Source: Bacteroidales bacterium (GTDB lineage Bacteria > Bacteroidota > Bacteroidia > Bacteroidales > UBA3663). From it: a stretch of DNA of 64,000 nt. This document shows positions 9,319-19,172 of the stretch, piece after piece (position 1 is the first letter of the stretch; every line of letters starts with the position of its first letter). The position numbers and the translations under genes were made by a program. The notes under the pieces were generated by a model, which worked only from the letters and a program-made list of their open reading frames with translations, had not been told where the DNA came from and did no database searches. The stretch spans positions 41,193-105,192 of the forward strand of contig JAZQOK010000018.1 in the NCBI GenBank assembly GCA_045627865.1, given 5' to 3'.

Positions 9319-10149
9319 TTATTTTTTCCGAAGGTTGGCTAACTGCGATTCGAAGTCGATACCCGTGTTCGAGGCTTCTGTCCCCTTGATGGTCTCAATA
9401 AGACATTGACGGACGAAACGGCTGGCACGTCGGCAGGAGGTGGCGAAGTCCACTCCATTGACGGCGTCTGCACCTAAGACAGAGGCAAAGACATCGCCTG
9501 TACCGGAACGAGTCTGCTCGACCTGAAGCTGTCGCTGGAAGGTCAACTGCTCATTCTCCTGGGTTGCAAGCACATTTCCGATACTACCCTCGCCCATCTG
9601 GATGCCGGTAATAACCACCTGACGCGCACCCATATCCAACAGATGACGAGCCATCAGCTCCAGTTCCTTCTTGCGCCAACCCGACTCATGATAACGTGTT
9701 CCGGTCAGGAAACAGGCCTCAGTCAGGTTCGGAGTAATGATATCAGCGTAAGCGATGAGGCGACGCATATCGCGACAAAGCTTCTCTGTGTAGGTTGGGT
9801 AGATGCGACCATTGTCTCCCATCACCGGATCAACCAACACGTGAGTCTTCTCATTCCGGAACTGCTGGATAAAATCCTCGACAATGCTGATCTGTTTGGC
9901 AGAACCGAGGAAACCGGTCATGATACCATCAAACTGCAGATCCAATTTCTTCCACTCGCGGATATAAGCCGGCATATACTCGGTAAAATCCTTACAGAAG
10001 AAGGATGGGAATCCGGTGTGGTTCGAGAAGATCGCGGTCGGAACAGCACAACCCTGTACGCCCAGATGACTGACTATCGGCAAGATGACCGATGTAGAAC
10101 ATCGGCCATAACCCGAAAAGTCATTGATGATAGCAATCTTTTTGCTCAT
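9319..10149 (-). CDS. pyridoxal/pyridoxamine kinase (PdxK/PdxY family)
   Basis: Ribokinase-superfamily pattern: IAIINDFSGYGRCS at the N-terminus and an anion-hole GTGDVFAS near the C-terminus. Confidence 0.75.
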   Translation of the reverse strand: MSKKIAIINDFSGYGRCSTSVILPIVSHLGVQGCAVPTAIFSNHTGFPSFFCKDFTEYMPAYIREWKKLDLQFDGIMTGFLGSAKQISIVEDFIQQFRNEKTHVLVDPVMGDNGRIYPTYTEKLCRDMRRLIAYADIITPNLTEACFLTGTRYHESGWRKKELELMARHLLDMGARQVVITGIQMGEGSIGNVLATQENEQLTFQRQLQVEQTRSGTGDVFASVLGADAVNGVDFATSCRRASRFVRQCLIETIKGTEASNTGIDFESQLANLRKK

Positions 10150-10152
10150 TGC

Positions 10153-10617
10153 TTATACTTCGTCGGCTGCGTATGTGTAAAGGTGCAATGGATCTGGATA
10201 GGTGAAGAGTTCCTCCTCCTTGAAGAAACGTTTCAACTCGACAACAGCGTTCTCGGCGCTGTCCGAAGCATGCACGATATTCTCCTGAAACGACATAGAA
10301 TAGTCACCACGGATGGTGCCAGGAGCAGCCTTTCTGCCATTGGTTGATCCGGTCAATGCACGAACTACATCGACGGCATCAATGCCTTCATAGCAGCAGA
10401 CGATGACAGGAGTGATCATCATGGCATCCTTGATCTGCTGGAAGAATGGCTTACCTGCCAGGTGTGCATAATGCTCCGACAACTGGGCATCGGTCAGCTG
10501 CATCATCTTCATGCCAATCAGGCGCAGACCCTTCTGTTCAAAACGACGGGTCACCTCACCTACCAAGCCACGCATGAGGCAACTTGGCTTTAATATAACT
10601 AATGTACGTTGTGTCAT
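10153..10617 (-). CDS. ndk: nucleoside-diphosphate kinase
   Basis: RTLVILKPS start, GTIRGDY, and the active-site His in NIVHASDS. Confidence 0.95.
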   Translation of the reverse strand: MTQRTLVILKPSCLMRGLVGEVTRRFEQKGLRLIGMKMMQLTDAQLSEHYAHLAGKPFFQQIKDAMMITPVIVCCYEGIDAVDVVRALTGSTNGRKAAPGTIRGDYSMSFQENIVHASDSAENAVVELKRFFKEEELFTYPDPLHLYTYAADEV

Positions 10618-10638
10618 GATTGTTGAAAGAGTAAGAAT

Positions 10639-12195
10639 TTACTTAGACATTCTAATATACTCGGAAGAGGTACCAGCTGTGATCATCTCGGCCAGACGTG
10701 CCAGATAGTAATCCATGTTGGTGTACTGTGTAAAGCCCTTCTTCTTGCACATTGCATTTGGATCGACATTCTTACCGAACCAGTGCTTCTCGAAATAATC
10801 CGGAATTCCATCCATATCGGTATCGGTAGAGGCATTCTTGATTGAGTAGTCCGAAGCATGGAGATCTGGCCAGACATTTGGCAGGAGCGAACAACGGACA
10901 TCCTCCTGCAGGTTGATCAAACCTTCGCCCAAACCAGTACCCGTAAAGGTAACGGTATCGTTGAGCACATCAGCAATCATGATTGAATCCAAACGGTCCC
11001 AACGTACCTTGTTGCCCGAGAAGCGGCAGCATCCAGCATACTTGGTGACAACATCATAAGCCTCTTCTGCAGTCCAGGTGGTAACATAAGGAGTCTCCAA
11101 TGGCTTCTTCAAGTGGATGGAGTCGATCGTTGCATCGGTAGCAAGACCATCATTACCCTTGCGGCTGATGAACTTCACAACACCTTCGTTCCAGTTGTCG
11201 GCGGTAACCTCAGGGAACTTGGTATTCACATTACCATCAACGAAGAAATGACCCCACTTGTGCCAGGTAGGAACCCATGCGTTACCATTAGCAGGTGTGC
11301 CATCTGCATACCACTCTGTGATATCACAATACTTGGTGGTACGTACACCTGGCTTGAAGATACGGCTCTTAGAACCCTTCACAGCAGCAGGACCAGGCTT
11401 ATAGTAGTTGTTAACAATATTAACAGACATAGCCTCACCGCCATAACAGCCCTCACCTGCCCAGTTGTAGATAACATTATTACGGAAGTCGACGCGTTCG
11501 CTGCCCTGAGTCTTTGGACGTGGACCGAAACGTGGAGTACGAGACGCATGATGAGCAATCAAATTATGTGCATAGGTAGCACCTGCACCACCCCAGTTAC
11601 CTGCATAACCGTGAGCGCCTTTGCTATGACCACCATTGACCATGCTCTGGGCAATGATGCACCACTGCACTGTGAGGTTCTTGCCGCCATAGACAGAGCA
11701 GCATTCATCGACAGACCAAGACATAGAGCAGTGGTCAATGATGATATTGTGGTGATCCATAGCACCAAGAGCATCACCCTCATGCTTCTCGGCACGACGA
11801 GCGCCCAAACGGAAACGCATGAAACGGACAATCACATTGTCAGCCTGAATTTTGACCGGATAATCAGCAATACAAATACCATCACCAGGAGCGGTCTGTC
11901 CGGCAATGGTACAGCTATCTTTATCAACAATAAGGGGTTTACGAAGAAAGATGGTACCACAAACATCGAATACGATTACACGTGCGCCACGCTGAATACA
12001 TGCATAACGAAGAGATCCCTCATCATCCGTATCCTCAAGTGTTGTAACATGATAAACCTTACCTCCTCGGCCACCATTGGTATAACGACCGAACCCCTCT
12101 GCACCTGGGAATGCTGGCACAGGTTCCTGTACTTGTGCTACAGCCATGCTGGAAAATGCCAGCAAGGAGAGCATCATTCCGAATAGTTTTTTCAT
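10639..12195 (-). CDS. pectate lyase (PL1-like parallel beta-helix), secreted
   Basis: Signal peptide. FPGAEGFGRYTNGGRGGKVYHVTTLED, NIIIDHCSMSWSVDE and RTPRFG motifs. Confidence 0.8.
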   Translation of the reverse strand: MKKLFGMMLSLLAFSSMAVAQVQEPVPAFPGAEGFGRYTNGGRGGKVYHVTTLEDTDDEGSLRYACIQRGARVIVFDVCGTIFLRKPLIVDKDSCTIAGQTAPGDGICIADYPVKIQADNVIVRFMRFRLGARRAEKHEGDALGAMDHHNIIIDHCSMSWSVDECCSVYGGKNLTVQWCIIAQSMVNGGHSKGAHGYAGNWGGAGATYAHNLIAHHASRTPRFGPRPKTQGSERVDFRNNVIYNWAGEGCYGGEAMSVNIVNNYYKPGPAAVKGSKSRIFKPGVRTTKYCDITEWYADGTPANGNAWVPTWHKWGHFFVDGNVNTKFPEVTADNWNEGVVKFISRKGNDGLATDATIDSIHLKKPLETPYVTTWTAEEAYDVVTKYAGCCRFSGNKVRWDRLDSIMIADVLNDTVTFTGTGLGEGLINLQEDVRCSLLPNVWPDLHASDYSIKNASTDTDMDGIPDYFEKHWFGKNVDPNAMCKKKGFTQYTNMDYYLARLAEMITAGTSSEYIRMSK

Positions 12196-12215
12196 TGTAT
12201 CAAAAAGTTAAATAA

Positions 12216-15200
12216 TTATTTCAAATAAGCTTCGATGATTCCGATGACGATATCATTCGACAGACACTCCAACTCAAGGCTCTTGACGACCTTCTTCGGA
12301 TCGAGCGACATCTCGAGCATCGTCGCAGCACCTCCATCGGTCGCAATGTTGAGGGCATCGGTACGCGGACGATAGTACTGACCCGTACGGAGACTCATGC
12401 GGAAAGGAGGTTGTATATCGTTTTCGAAATTCTGCAGATAGAAAGCAGGCAGACCTTGCGCCAGTTCCTGCTCGATAGGCCACCAGTTCACTGGGTTCTC
12501 GAGCACCAGTTCCTCGGTCGAGCCATCGGCATAGCGGACTCGCAAGAGACCATTCTCAATTCGGCTCTGCATCGCATTGGTCGTACCTACCATCTTCAGG
12601 TAGAGATGCGAAGCAGACTTCTTAGGCAGCTTGAAGACTAACTTGTTCGGGAAATTCTTCCACTGACTGGTAAATGCAGCCTTGAGTCCCAACGCATCGC
12701 TAATCTTGAAAGTATCGGTCGGATGACACCATTCACCGATGCCATGATTAGGCATACGCAGCGTGATCCGCTGACGTTTGTCACCCTTGTAGCTATAATT
12801 CTGTTTGAACAGATCAGCCACCTTCAGGTTGTGCTTCTTGGCAATGCTTGGCACCATGGTCATCGTAGCATAATCCAGCGTACTTGGATCGGTGTATTCA
12901 CGGATCTCTTGACGGGACACACGGTTCACCGAGGCAACGGTTCTGCGCTCCGACTGGGTCTGTTCACGAACCGAGCCATCCTCACAGATCCAGCGAACAC
13001 CCTCCTTGTCTGCCAGCTCGCCTGCAAAAGCAGATTTGGCTGGAGCATAGATCACAATGCTGTCATAACGATCGAAGAAATCTCCCTGGCCCATGAAGTA
13101 CCAGACGGCAGTATCGCCACGATAGCTGCGTGAAAACTCGAAATCAGGAGTAGCGAAACGGACATCCTTACCCTCCCATGCCGAAGGGAATCCTGGTTTG
13201 ATGGTCAGCACTCCCGACAAGAGATCAGGTTGCATACCGATCAGACCCTGAACCATCGTGCGACAAGTAATGCCTACCGGATCGCCGAAGTCGCGATAAC
13301 ATTCACCACGAGCGGCATCATAGAAAGAGATCTGTCCGATATTACCAGGACAACCACCCAGATACATGCCATCGCACAACGAACCCTTAAAGAGATTGTA
13401 GGCCTCGTCCGGACGACCAGCCTCCCAATAAGCCAAGGCCATGTGCATCTCTTCGGCCAGAGCGACATTGTTGATCGACCAGCCATAAGGCTGCCAGTTG
13501 GTGGTAGCGATGGCAGTGAGATTCTCGTCGACCGCTAACCGATCGTCACTAACCGAAATCTGATAATGCGGAATACAGCGATCCACATACTGTGTGGCGC
13601 GATATCTTTGAGCAGGAGTACCGACCTCACTGTCGATCGCATGATAGATCGTCCAGAGGGCAGGATGCTTGTGCTGACGTTTCAGACCCCAACGATCCTT
13701 ACATTCGGCCCAGACGCCCTCCTCTTCCATCCAAAGTTCCCGATCAATCGCACTCTGGATCTTCTCGGCCTCAGCCTCATAGCTCTCGGCCTTGTCGGTC
13801 TCGCCCAACAGACGGGCAATCTTGGCTGCCTGACGATTAGCACGGAGATTATAAGCCGAGCTATGGGTCACGGCACCACCATCGTAATAGAGGCCATCGC
13901 TTGCCCAAATGCAGCAATAGGCATCATACAAACCATCATTATCGGGATCGAAGGTTCGCTTCTCCCAGTCCAGATGACGGGTAATGGTTGGCCAGAAAGC
14001 GCGAGCCTCTTCAAGGTCTCCACTCCAGTTCAGGTGCCAGAGCAAAGCATCGATATAAACGAGGTTCATATCGTAGTGGTTCACCTTCTTCGGATTGTTC
14101 GGATAACGACCGATATAACCTGTCGTGAACATAGGATTGCCAAGTTTTTCCGTAGCACGTGCCTGGTTCTTGGCAGGATCCAGCCAAGGGATTGTCTTGT
14201 CAACCTCTACATCCACCAGCTGCGAATTGGCATAGCCCATAAAGTGACGCAGCTGACGATCCTGCCAGCCCATCACATCGCCCACATAAGCAGCACGCCA
14301 GCCAGGCAAAGGCATACGCCAGCCAATAGCTCCATGCTGCCATACGCCACTGGCTTCATCCCAGATTCCATTGGCAGCAGCAGGCAGCACATATTCGAGT
14401 GGATTGATCAGCGCATCCGGAGTCTCGACGGTATAATCAGCCACGAGAGCCGAAGCAATGCTGATGCTTTCAAAGAGCATCGTCTGCAGATTACAGATAC
14501 TATCCGATGGAGTACCAATAGCAAGAATCGAAGGCTGGTCCAACGGAATCAATCCCTTCAGATACTCAACCGAAGTACCATCATTGGCCTTACCCTCAGC
14601 AATCTGCATCTGAATACAAGGCGAGAACTGGCCACGCAGAGCTCGTTCACCGCGTTTGCTTCCCTTGCCATACTTCAGGTCGAAGGTCGATGCATTCAGC
14701 GAGTAAACATTCCCCTTGCACTTATCGAAAGTAAAATCAAAGCAATCTTTCTTGTCAACGCCCATATCACCATTACGGCTGAACGAAGCATTGCTAGCGG
14801 CACCGAAACGCACCTGCATCTTTGTACCAGGCTTGACATTCTTGCCCTCGATCTGCCAGATGCCGCCTGCGGTCGGAACCTGAAGAGCAAAAGCCGAAAG
14901 ACAGACAACTGCCTCCTGCTGTGCATTCTTTCGCATCGAAGCAGGCAAAACAATCTCGTAGTCACGGCTCACACCATCGTAGATTGCCTTGATGCTGGTA
15001 TGTTCGATATCGAAACGGACGTTACCGCCCATATAGGGCATATAGAGACCGAATTCAGGTTCATCGGAGGTCTCCAGGCGTGCAGCCTCGCAACGCCCAT
15101 ATAACGCGCGCGTAAAGCGATGCTTACCGTTGATGCATACGATACCCTCCTCCTCTGGCCAGTACTGCACCTCACGAGGAGCGAGTATCTTCTGGGCAGA

Positions 15201-15299
15201 AGAGGTCTCATTGGCTGTAAACAACTGTTGCTGCTGAGCCACAACCGGGCCCAACATCAGAACAAACATTGCAAACAAGCCAACGAATCTATTAAGCAT
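12216..15299 (-). CDS. 1027-aa secreted glycoside-hydrolase-like protein with an (alpha/alpha)6-type central region; family unassigned
   Basis: Signal peptide MLNRFVGLFAMFVLMLGPVVAQ. The central region (DALLWHLNWSGDLEEARAFWP ... DGLYDAYCCIWASDG ... AYNLRANRQAAKIARLLG) resembles six-hairpin glycosidases. Lies 20 nt downstream of the PL1 gene. Confidence 0.5.
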   Translation of the reverse strand: MLNRFVGLFAMFVLMLGPVVAQQQQLFTANETSSAQKILAPREVQYWPEEEGIVCINGKHRFTRALYGRCEAARLETSDEPEFGLYMPYMGGNVRFDIEHTSIKAIYDGVSRDYEIVLPASMRKNAQQEAVVCLSAFALQVPTAGGIWQIEGKNVKPGTKMQVRFGAASNASFSRNGDMGVDKKDCFDFTFDKCKGNVYSLNASTFDLKYGKGSKRGERALRGQFSPCIQMQIAEGKANDGTSVEYLKGLIPLDQPSILAIGTPSDSICNLQTMLFESISIASALVADYTVETPDALINPLEYVLPAAANGIWDEASGVWQHGAIGWRMPLPGWRAAYVGDVMGWQDRQLRHFMGYANSQLVDVEVDKTIPWLDPAKNQARATEKLGNPMFTTGYIGRYPNNPKKVNHYDMNLVYIDALLWHLNWSGDLEEARAFWPTITRHLDWEKRTFDPDNDGLYDAYCCIWASDGLYYDGGAVTHSSAYNLRANRQAAKIARLLGETDKAESYEAEAEKIQSAIDRELWMEEEGVWAECKDRWGLKRQHKHPALWTIYHAIDSEVGTPAQRYRATQYVDRCIPHYQISVSDDRLAVDENLTAIATTNWQPYGWSINNVALAEEMHMALAYWEAGRPDEAYNLFKGSLCDGMYLGGCPGNIGQISFYDAARGECYRDFGDPVGITCRTMVQGLIGMQPDLLSGVLTIKPGFPSAWEGKDVRFATPDFEFSRSYRGDTAVWYFMGQGDFFDRYDSIVIYAPAKSAFAGELADKEGVRWICEDGSVREQTQSERRTVASVNRVSRQEIREYTDPSTLDYATMTMVPSIAKKHNLKVADLFKQNYSYKGDKRQRITLRMPNHGIGEWCHPTDTFKISDALGLKAAFTSQWKNFPNKLVFKLPKKSASHLYLKMVGTTNAMQSRIENGLLRVRYADGSTEELVLENPVNWWPIEQELAQGLPAFYLQNFENDIQPPFRMSLRTGQYYRPRTDALNIATDGGAATMLEMSLDPKKVVKSLELECLSNDIVIGIIEAYLK

Positions 15300-15336
15300 T
15301 TAGAACCTGAAATTATTATGATCGACGAACAACCGA

Positions 15337-15360
15337 CAAGAGACCGGAATCAGTCTCTTG
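15337..15360 (-). terminator. hairpin enclosing the folE stop codon in its loop
   Basis: 8-bp perfect stem caagagac (15337-15344) / gtctcttg (15353-15360). The folE TGA (plus-strand tca at 15350-15352) sits in the 8-nt loop. Downstream mRNA is moderately U-rich. Confidence 0.4.
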
Positions 15361-15928
15361 ATTTGATGAGGCTCAAGAACTCCTGACGGGTCTTGATCTC
15401 ATTGAATGCACCACAGAAGTCGGATGTGGTAGTCATTGCATTCTGCGACTCAACGCCGCGCATCTGCATACAGAGGTGACGGGCCTCAACGACCACCATC
15501 ACACCCATTGGATGCAAAGTTTCCTGAATACACTCTTTGATCTGGGTAGTGAGTCGCTCCTGCACCTGCAGACGGCGGGCGAAAACCTCAACTACACGAG
15601 GGATCTTCGAGAGTCCTACAATATACTTGTTTGGAATATAAGCGACATGCACCTTGCCAAAGAATGGCAACATGTGATGCTCGCAAAGGCTATAGAAGTC
15701 GATATCCTTGACAATAACCATCTGCTGATAATCCTCACGGAACATCGCAGATTTCAGAATTGCATTAGGATCCTGCTGATAACCCTGTGTAAGGAACTGA
15801 ACGGATTTAGCGACACGTTCAGGGGTTTTAAGCAAACCCTCGCGCTGGGGATCCTCGCCAATCAGGCGAAGCATCTGCTCCACGTTATCAGCCATCGGTT
15901 TCAACAAATCCTCGTTATATTCCATCAT
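15350..15928 (-). CDS. folE: GTP cyclohydrolase I
   Basis: [19 protein letters not shown] and [10 protein letters not shown] motifs. Confidence 0.95.
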   Translation of the reverse strand: MMEYNEDLLKPMADNVEQMLRLIGEDPQREGLLKTPERVAKSVQFLTQGYQQDPNAILKSAMFREDYQQMVIVKDIDFYSLCEHHMLPFFGKVHVAYIPNKYIVGLSKIPRVVEVFARRLQVQERLTTQIKECIQETLHPMGVMVVVEARHLCMQMRGVESQNAMTTTSDFCGAFNEIKTRQEFLSLIKSRD

Positions 15929-15945
15929 ACTATTACATTTACAAA

Positions 15946-16467
15946 TTATTCTGTTTTCTCCTCAACGAGAATCTCAATCTTATCCTCGACCACGAACATC
16001 TCACGACCGTAGATCGGGAACTTCTTTTTCAAATCGCGGAGGGCTGCAGTAGCCTCCTCCTGAGTGCGATAATTACCCACCAGCAGACGCCAGTTAGGCG
16101 TCTTGAACAAGACATAGGTCTGGAGGTCTGGCAAATACTGCTTCAGCTCCTCCTCGATCTTGAATGCCTCCTCCTTCGATGTGATCTGGTTGTTGCCAGA
16201 GAAAGCACGAACGCGGTAACCTGGCATGACGAGGACTTTCTTGCCCTCTTTGTTGTACTGCATGTGGGATGCGGCATTGTAAATCTTGCTGTTACGACCC
16301 AACAGCGCATCCAATCGGGCGTCCTGAATCAAGGTTACTCGACCCTGAGAACGCAGCTCCTGACAAATAGGAGAAACCGCATCGGCTTCGGCAGTGGTAC
16401 GATCCACTGCCTGAGCCGACACGGCAACGGGCAAAGCCCAGAGTAGGATGAATGCAAAATGCTTCAT
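15946..16467 (-). CDS. SPOR domain-containing protein
   Basis: Signal peptide. C-terminal SPOR-like segment [10 protein letters not shown] ... [26 protein letters not shown]. Confidence 0.75.
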   Translation of the reverse strand: MKHFAFILLWALPVAVSAQAVDRTTAEADAVSPICQELRSQGRVTLIQDARLDALLGRNSKIYNAASHMQYNKEGKKVLVMPGYRVRAFSGNNQITSKEEAFKIEEELKQYLPDLQTYVLFKTPNWRLLVGNYRTQEEATAALRDLKKKFPIYGREMFVVEDKIEILVEEKTE

Positions 16468-16534
16468 TCTTATCGTTTAGATTACTTCCAAGCCTCGATG
16501 ATTGGCATGCAAATATATTAAAGTAAAAGTAATA

Positions 16535-16588
16535 GACACCTTTATGCCAATATTACTTCCATGCCTCGATGATTGGCATAAAGGTGTC
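16535..16588 (-). terminator. 17-bp perfect hairpin whose 5' arm is tpiA coding sequence, with the tpiA stop codon in the loop
   Basis: gacacctttatgccaat (16535-16551) is the reverse complement of attggcataaaggtgtc (16572-16588). The 20-nt loop contains TAA (16553-16555). The mRNA continues UAUUACUUUUACUUUAAUAUAUUU. Confidence 0.7.
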
Positions 16589-17308
16589 AACCTTAAGAGC
16601 TGCACCACCGATCAAACCACCATCGATGTTAGGCATAGCGAAGAGCTCAGGAGCGTTGCTACCCTTGCATGAACCACCATAGAGGATTGAGGTATTCTCA
16701 GCAACCTCAGCGTTGTACTTCTTTGCGATAGAAGCGCGGATGAATGCGTGAACCTCCTCAGCCTGCTCGCTGGTAGCGGTCAGACCAGTACCGATAGCCC
16801 AAACTGGCTCGTAAGCAACTACGCACTTAGCGAAGTCCTCAGCAGAGAGGGTGTACATAGCCTCCATCTGGCCCTCGATGACAGCCTTGAAGGTACCGTT
16901 CTCACGCTCCTCCTTAACCTCACCAACGCAGAAGATTGGAGTCAAACCATTAGCCAAAGCCTGCTGGAGCTTAGCAACGAGGAGCTCGTTGTTCTCGCCA
17001 TGATACTGACGACGCTCTGAGTGACCAAGGATAACATACTTAGCACCAGTAGAAGCGATCATGTTAGCGGCAACCTCACCAGTGTAAGCTCCCTTATCGT
17101 GAGCTGGGCAATCCTCAGCACCAACGCCGATGATAGAACCCTCAACAGCCTTAGCAACGCTTGCTACAGAGATGAATGGGGTGCAGACAACAACGTCGCA
17201 ATTAACCTTCTTACCAGCCAAAGCCTCCTTGAGACCCTCAGCCAAAGCAACACCTTCCTGGAGAGTAGTGTTCATCTTCCAGTTACCGGCAACAATTTTC
17301 TTTCTCAT
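16553..17308 (-). CDS. tpiA: triose-phosphate isomerase
   Basis: GNWKMN, GHSERR and [11 protein letters not shown] motifs. Confidence 0.97.
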   Translation of the reverse strand: MRKKIVAGNWKMNTTLQEGVALAEGLKEALAGKKVNCDVVVCTPFISVASVAKAVEGSIIGVGAEDCPAHDKGAYTGEVAANMIASTGAKYVILGHSERRQYHGENNELLVAKLQQALANGLTPIFCVGEVKEERENGTFKAVIEGQMEAMYTLSAEDFAKCVVAYEPVWAIGTGLTATSEQAEEVHAFIRASIAKKYNAEVAENTSILYGGSCKGSNAPELFAMPNIDGGLIGGAALKVDTFMPIIEAWK

Positions 17309-18606
17309 TTTGATTTGTTATTTTTATGGGTGAATTTTATAATTTGCATCGGCAAATATAGCAACAATGGTGCAAATAGCCAAACAATCATCCAAAAAAC
17401 GCGCAATTTGCGGTCGATTGGTTGTATTTGTCCCATGGTCTGCTCACTTAACTTAGCAGATGTAAGGAGCGGTACATCGACATCCGAAAGATGCGATTTC
17501 CACAAGATAATTCCATTATGCAATAGCATAAAGCCCGGATTGCTACGTATCATAGTCTCGATAACCTGCTGATCGGCGAAGAGCATCGGGTACTCAAATC
17601 CGGTACTGAATTTCCAATGGTCGATCGAGGCTTCGTTCCTCCACGTGAGGCAATAGAACGGATATTCCTGCTCCAGGGCATACTCGTAGAGATTCTCTAT
17701 ACGGTCGATATCATGTTCGTCGGCCTTGGCCAGATCTGGTGAGAGCAGCAGCATGACATAGCCGTCATAACCGATCACTTCACGGGTCACATCCGTTCCA
17801 TCGGCATCGAAGATGACCAGATTGCTCACCTCGGCATGAGAGCCCAGCAGAGGCTTATCGGAAGAGGTCTGTCGGGTAATGGTTTCGACAAACTCCCAAC
17901 CGGAATCTTCGGCCGGAATGCTATCCAGGGCGAACTCCTTGCGGACACCCTCTTTCTCGTACACAATCACATACTCCTCTAGGGGAGCAGACTCATTCTC
18001 TTCGATCAGAGAGACACCGGGGCGATACGGACGGAAGTCAATGTAAGGGAGGGTCATCGTACCCTGCCAGAGCAAGATGACAACACCTATGATCTGGACA
18101 TAGAAATAGAAGGTATGGAAAGTGCGCGAAAGCATTGCTCTCTGATAACGTCGGCCCACGTACAACCAGACAATCAACGCCAGCAGAATAACATTCTTCC
18201 AGAAGGTCTGCCAATTGGTCAGCACCAGCACATCGCCAAAGCAACCGCAATCATCGACCGGGTTCGCAAGGGCCAGATAGAGGGTCAAGGGGGTCATCAC
18301 TCCCATGAAGGCAATCAGCAGCACCGAGCAAACGACACGACGACGACCGATGGAGACATAAAAGCCCAACGAAAACTCGAACAAAGCCTGCAACCAGGCC
18401 AAAGCAATCGAGAACTCTGCCAGTTCAGACATACCAAAATGCTGTAGATACTCCCCTATTTTCAAGGAAGTACCTACGGGATCAATGGCCTTAGCCAGGC
18501 CACTCACAAGGAATGTCAAACCTACCAGCCACTGGCAGGCGATGGTCAGTTGTTTCTTGATTGCCAATTGGAACAGATTATTGATGATTAACAATCCTTC
18601 TCGCAA
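17305..18606 (-). CDS. DoxX/MauE-like membrane protein with C-terminal soluble domain (BT_3928-family-like)
   Basis: N-terminal four-helix membrane region ([19 protein letters not shown]) with a CGCFG motif. Conserved position between DUF1599 and tpiA, as I recall for Bacteroidales. 4-nt overlap with tpiA. Confidence 0.6.
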   Translation of the reverse strand: MREGLLIINNLFQLAIKKQLTIACQWLVGLTFLVSGLAKAIDPVGTSLKIGEYLQHFGMSELAEFSIALAWLQALFEFSLGFYVSIGRRRVVCSVLLIAFMGVMTPLTLYLALANPVDDCGCFGDVLVLTNWQTFWKNVILLALIVWLYVGRRYQRAMLSRTFHTFYFYVQIIGVVILLWQGTMTLPYIDFRPYRPGVSLIEENESAPLEEYVIVYEKEGVRKEFALDSIPAEDSGWEFVETITRQTSSDKPLLGSHAEVSNLVIFDADGTDVTREVIGYDGYVMLLLSPDLAKADEHDIDRIENLYEYALEQEYPFYCLTWRNEASIDHWKFSTGFEYPMLFADQQVIETMIRSNPGFMLLHNGIILWKSHLSDVDVPLLTSAKLSEQTMGQIQPIDRKLRVFWMIVWLFAPLLLYLPMQIIKFTHKNNKSK

Positions 18607-19163
18607 ACCAGCTTGATCAGCGCGAACAACGAGTAGTTGACCATATCAAGATAATTGGCATCAATACCCTCACTGATCAAAGTCTTTCCCTGATGATCTT
18701 CAATCTGCTTGGTACGCTGAATCTTCATCAGAATCAGGTCCACATAGCTCGAGACACGCATCATACGCCAAGCCTCGTCATAGTCATGGTTCTTGGCAGT
18801 CAGAAGATCCAGGGCAGCCTGTAACTGTTCGTCGTACAAAGCAACCACCTTCTCGGCATCCATATCCGGTTCCTCGGCATAACCCAGTTTCAGCTGGATC
18901 ACACCCATCAGACCATAGTTCACAATACCGATGAATTCAGGCACAATGCCCTCTCCTACCAACGATTCACCCTTCACCTGCAACGAACGGATTCGGTTGG
19001 CCTTGATATATATCTGATCGGTGATTGACTGCGGACGCATAATACGCCATGAGGCGCCATAGTCAAAAGTCTTCTTGCTAAACACGTCGCGACAAAGTTT
19101 TATCACCTCTTTCAATTCTTCTACTGTATTCACTGGGATAAATTTTATGGGTTCAAGTTTCAA
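18588..19163 (-). CDS. DUF1599 domain-containing protein
   Basis: Two repeats of an all-helical module (YGASWRIMR ... KANRIRSL and YDEAWRMMR ... MKIQRTKQI). Family name is from recollection. Confidence 0.6.
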   Translation of the reverse strand: MKLEPIKFIPVNTVEELKEVIKLCRDVFSKKTFDYGASWRIMRPQSITDQIYIKANRIRSLQVKGESLVGEGIVPEFIGIVNYGLMGVIQLKLGYAEEPDMDAEKVVALYDEQLQAALDLLTAKNHDYDEAWRMMRVSSYVDLILMKIQRTKQIEDHQGKTLISEGIDANYLDMVNYSLFALIKLVCEKDC

Positions 19164-19172
19164 ATTCCTGCA

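Noticed and set aside
13566-15104. Long antisense ORFs, e.g. 13566-15104(+) at 512 aa, and also 11113-12186(+), 29937-31193(+), 46300-47481(-), 21176-22018(-) and 42864-43670(-)
   Set aside because: Each lies fully inside a gene with strong family motifs on the other strand. Their compositions are odd (Ile/His/Arg/Leu-rich), and none has a signal, motif or promoter. They are shadow ORFs typical of codon-biased genes.
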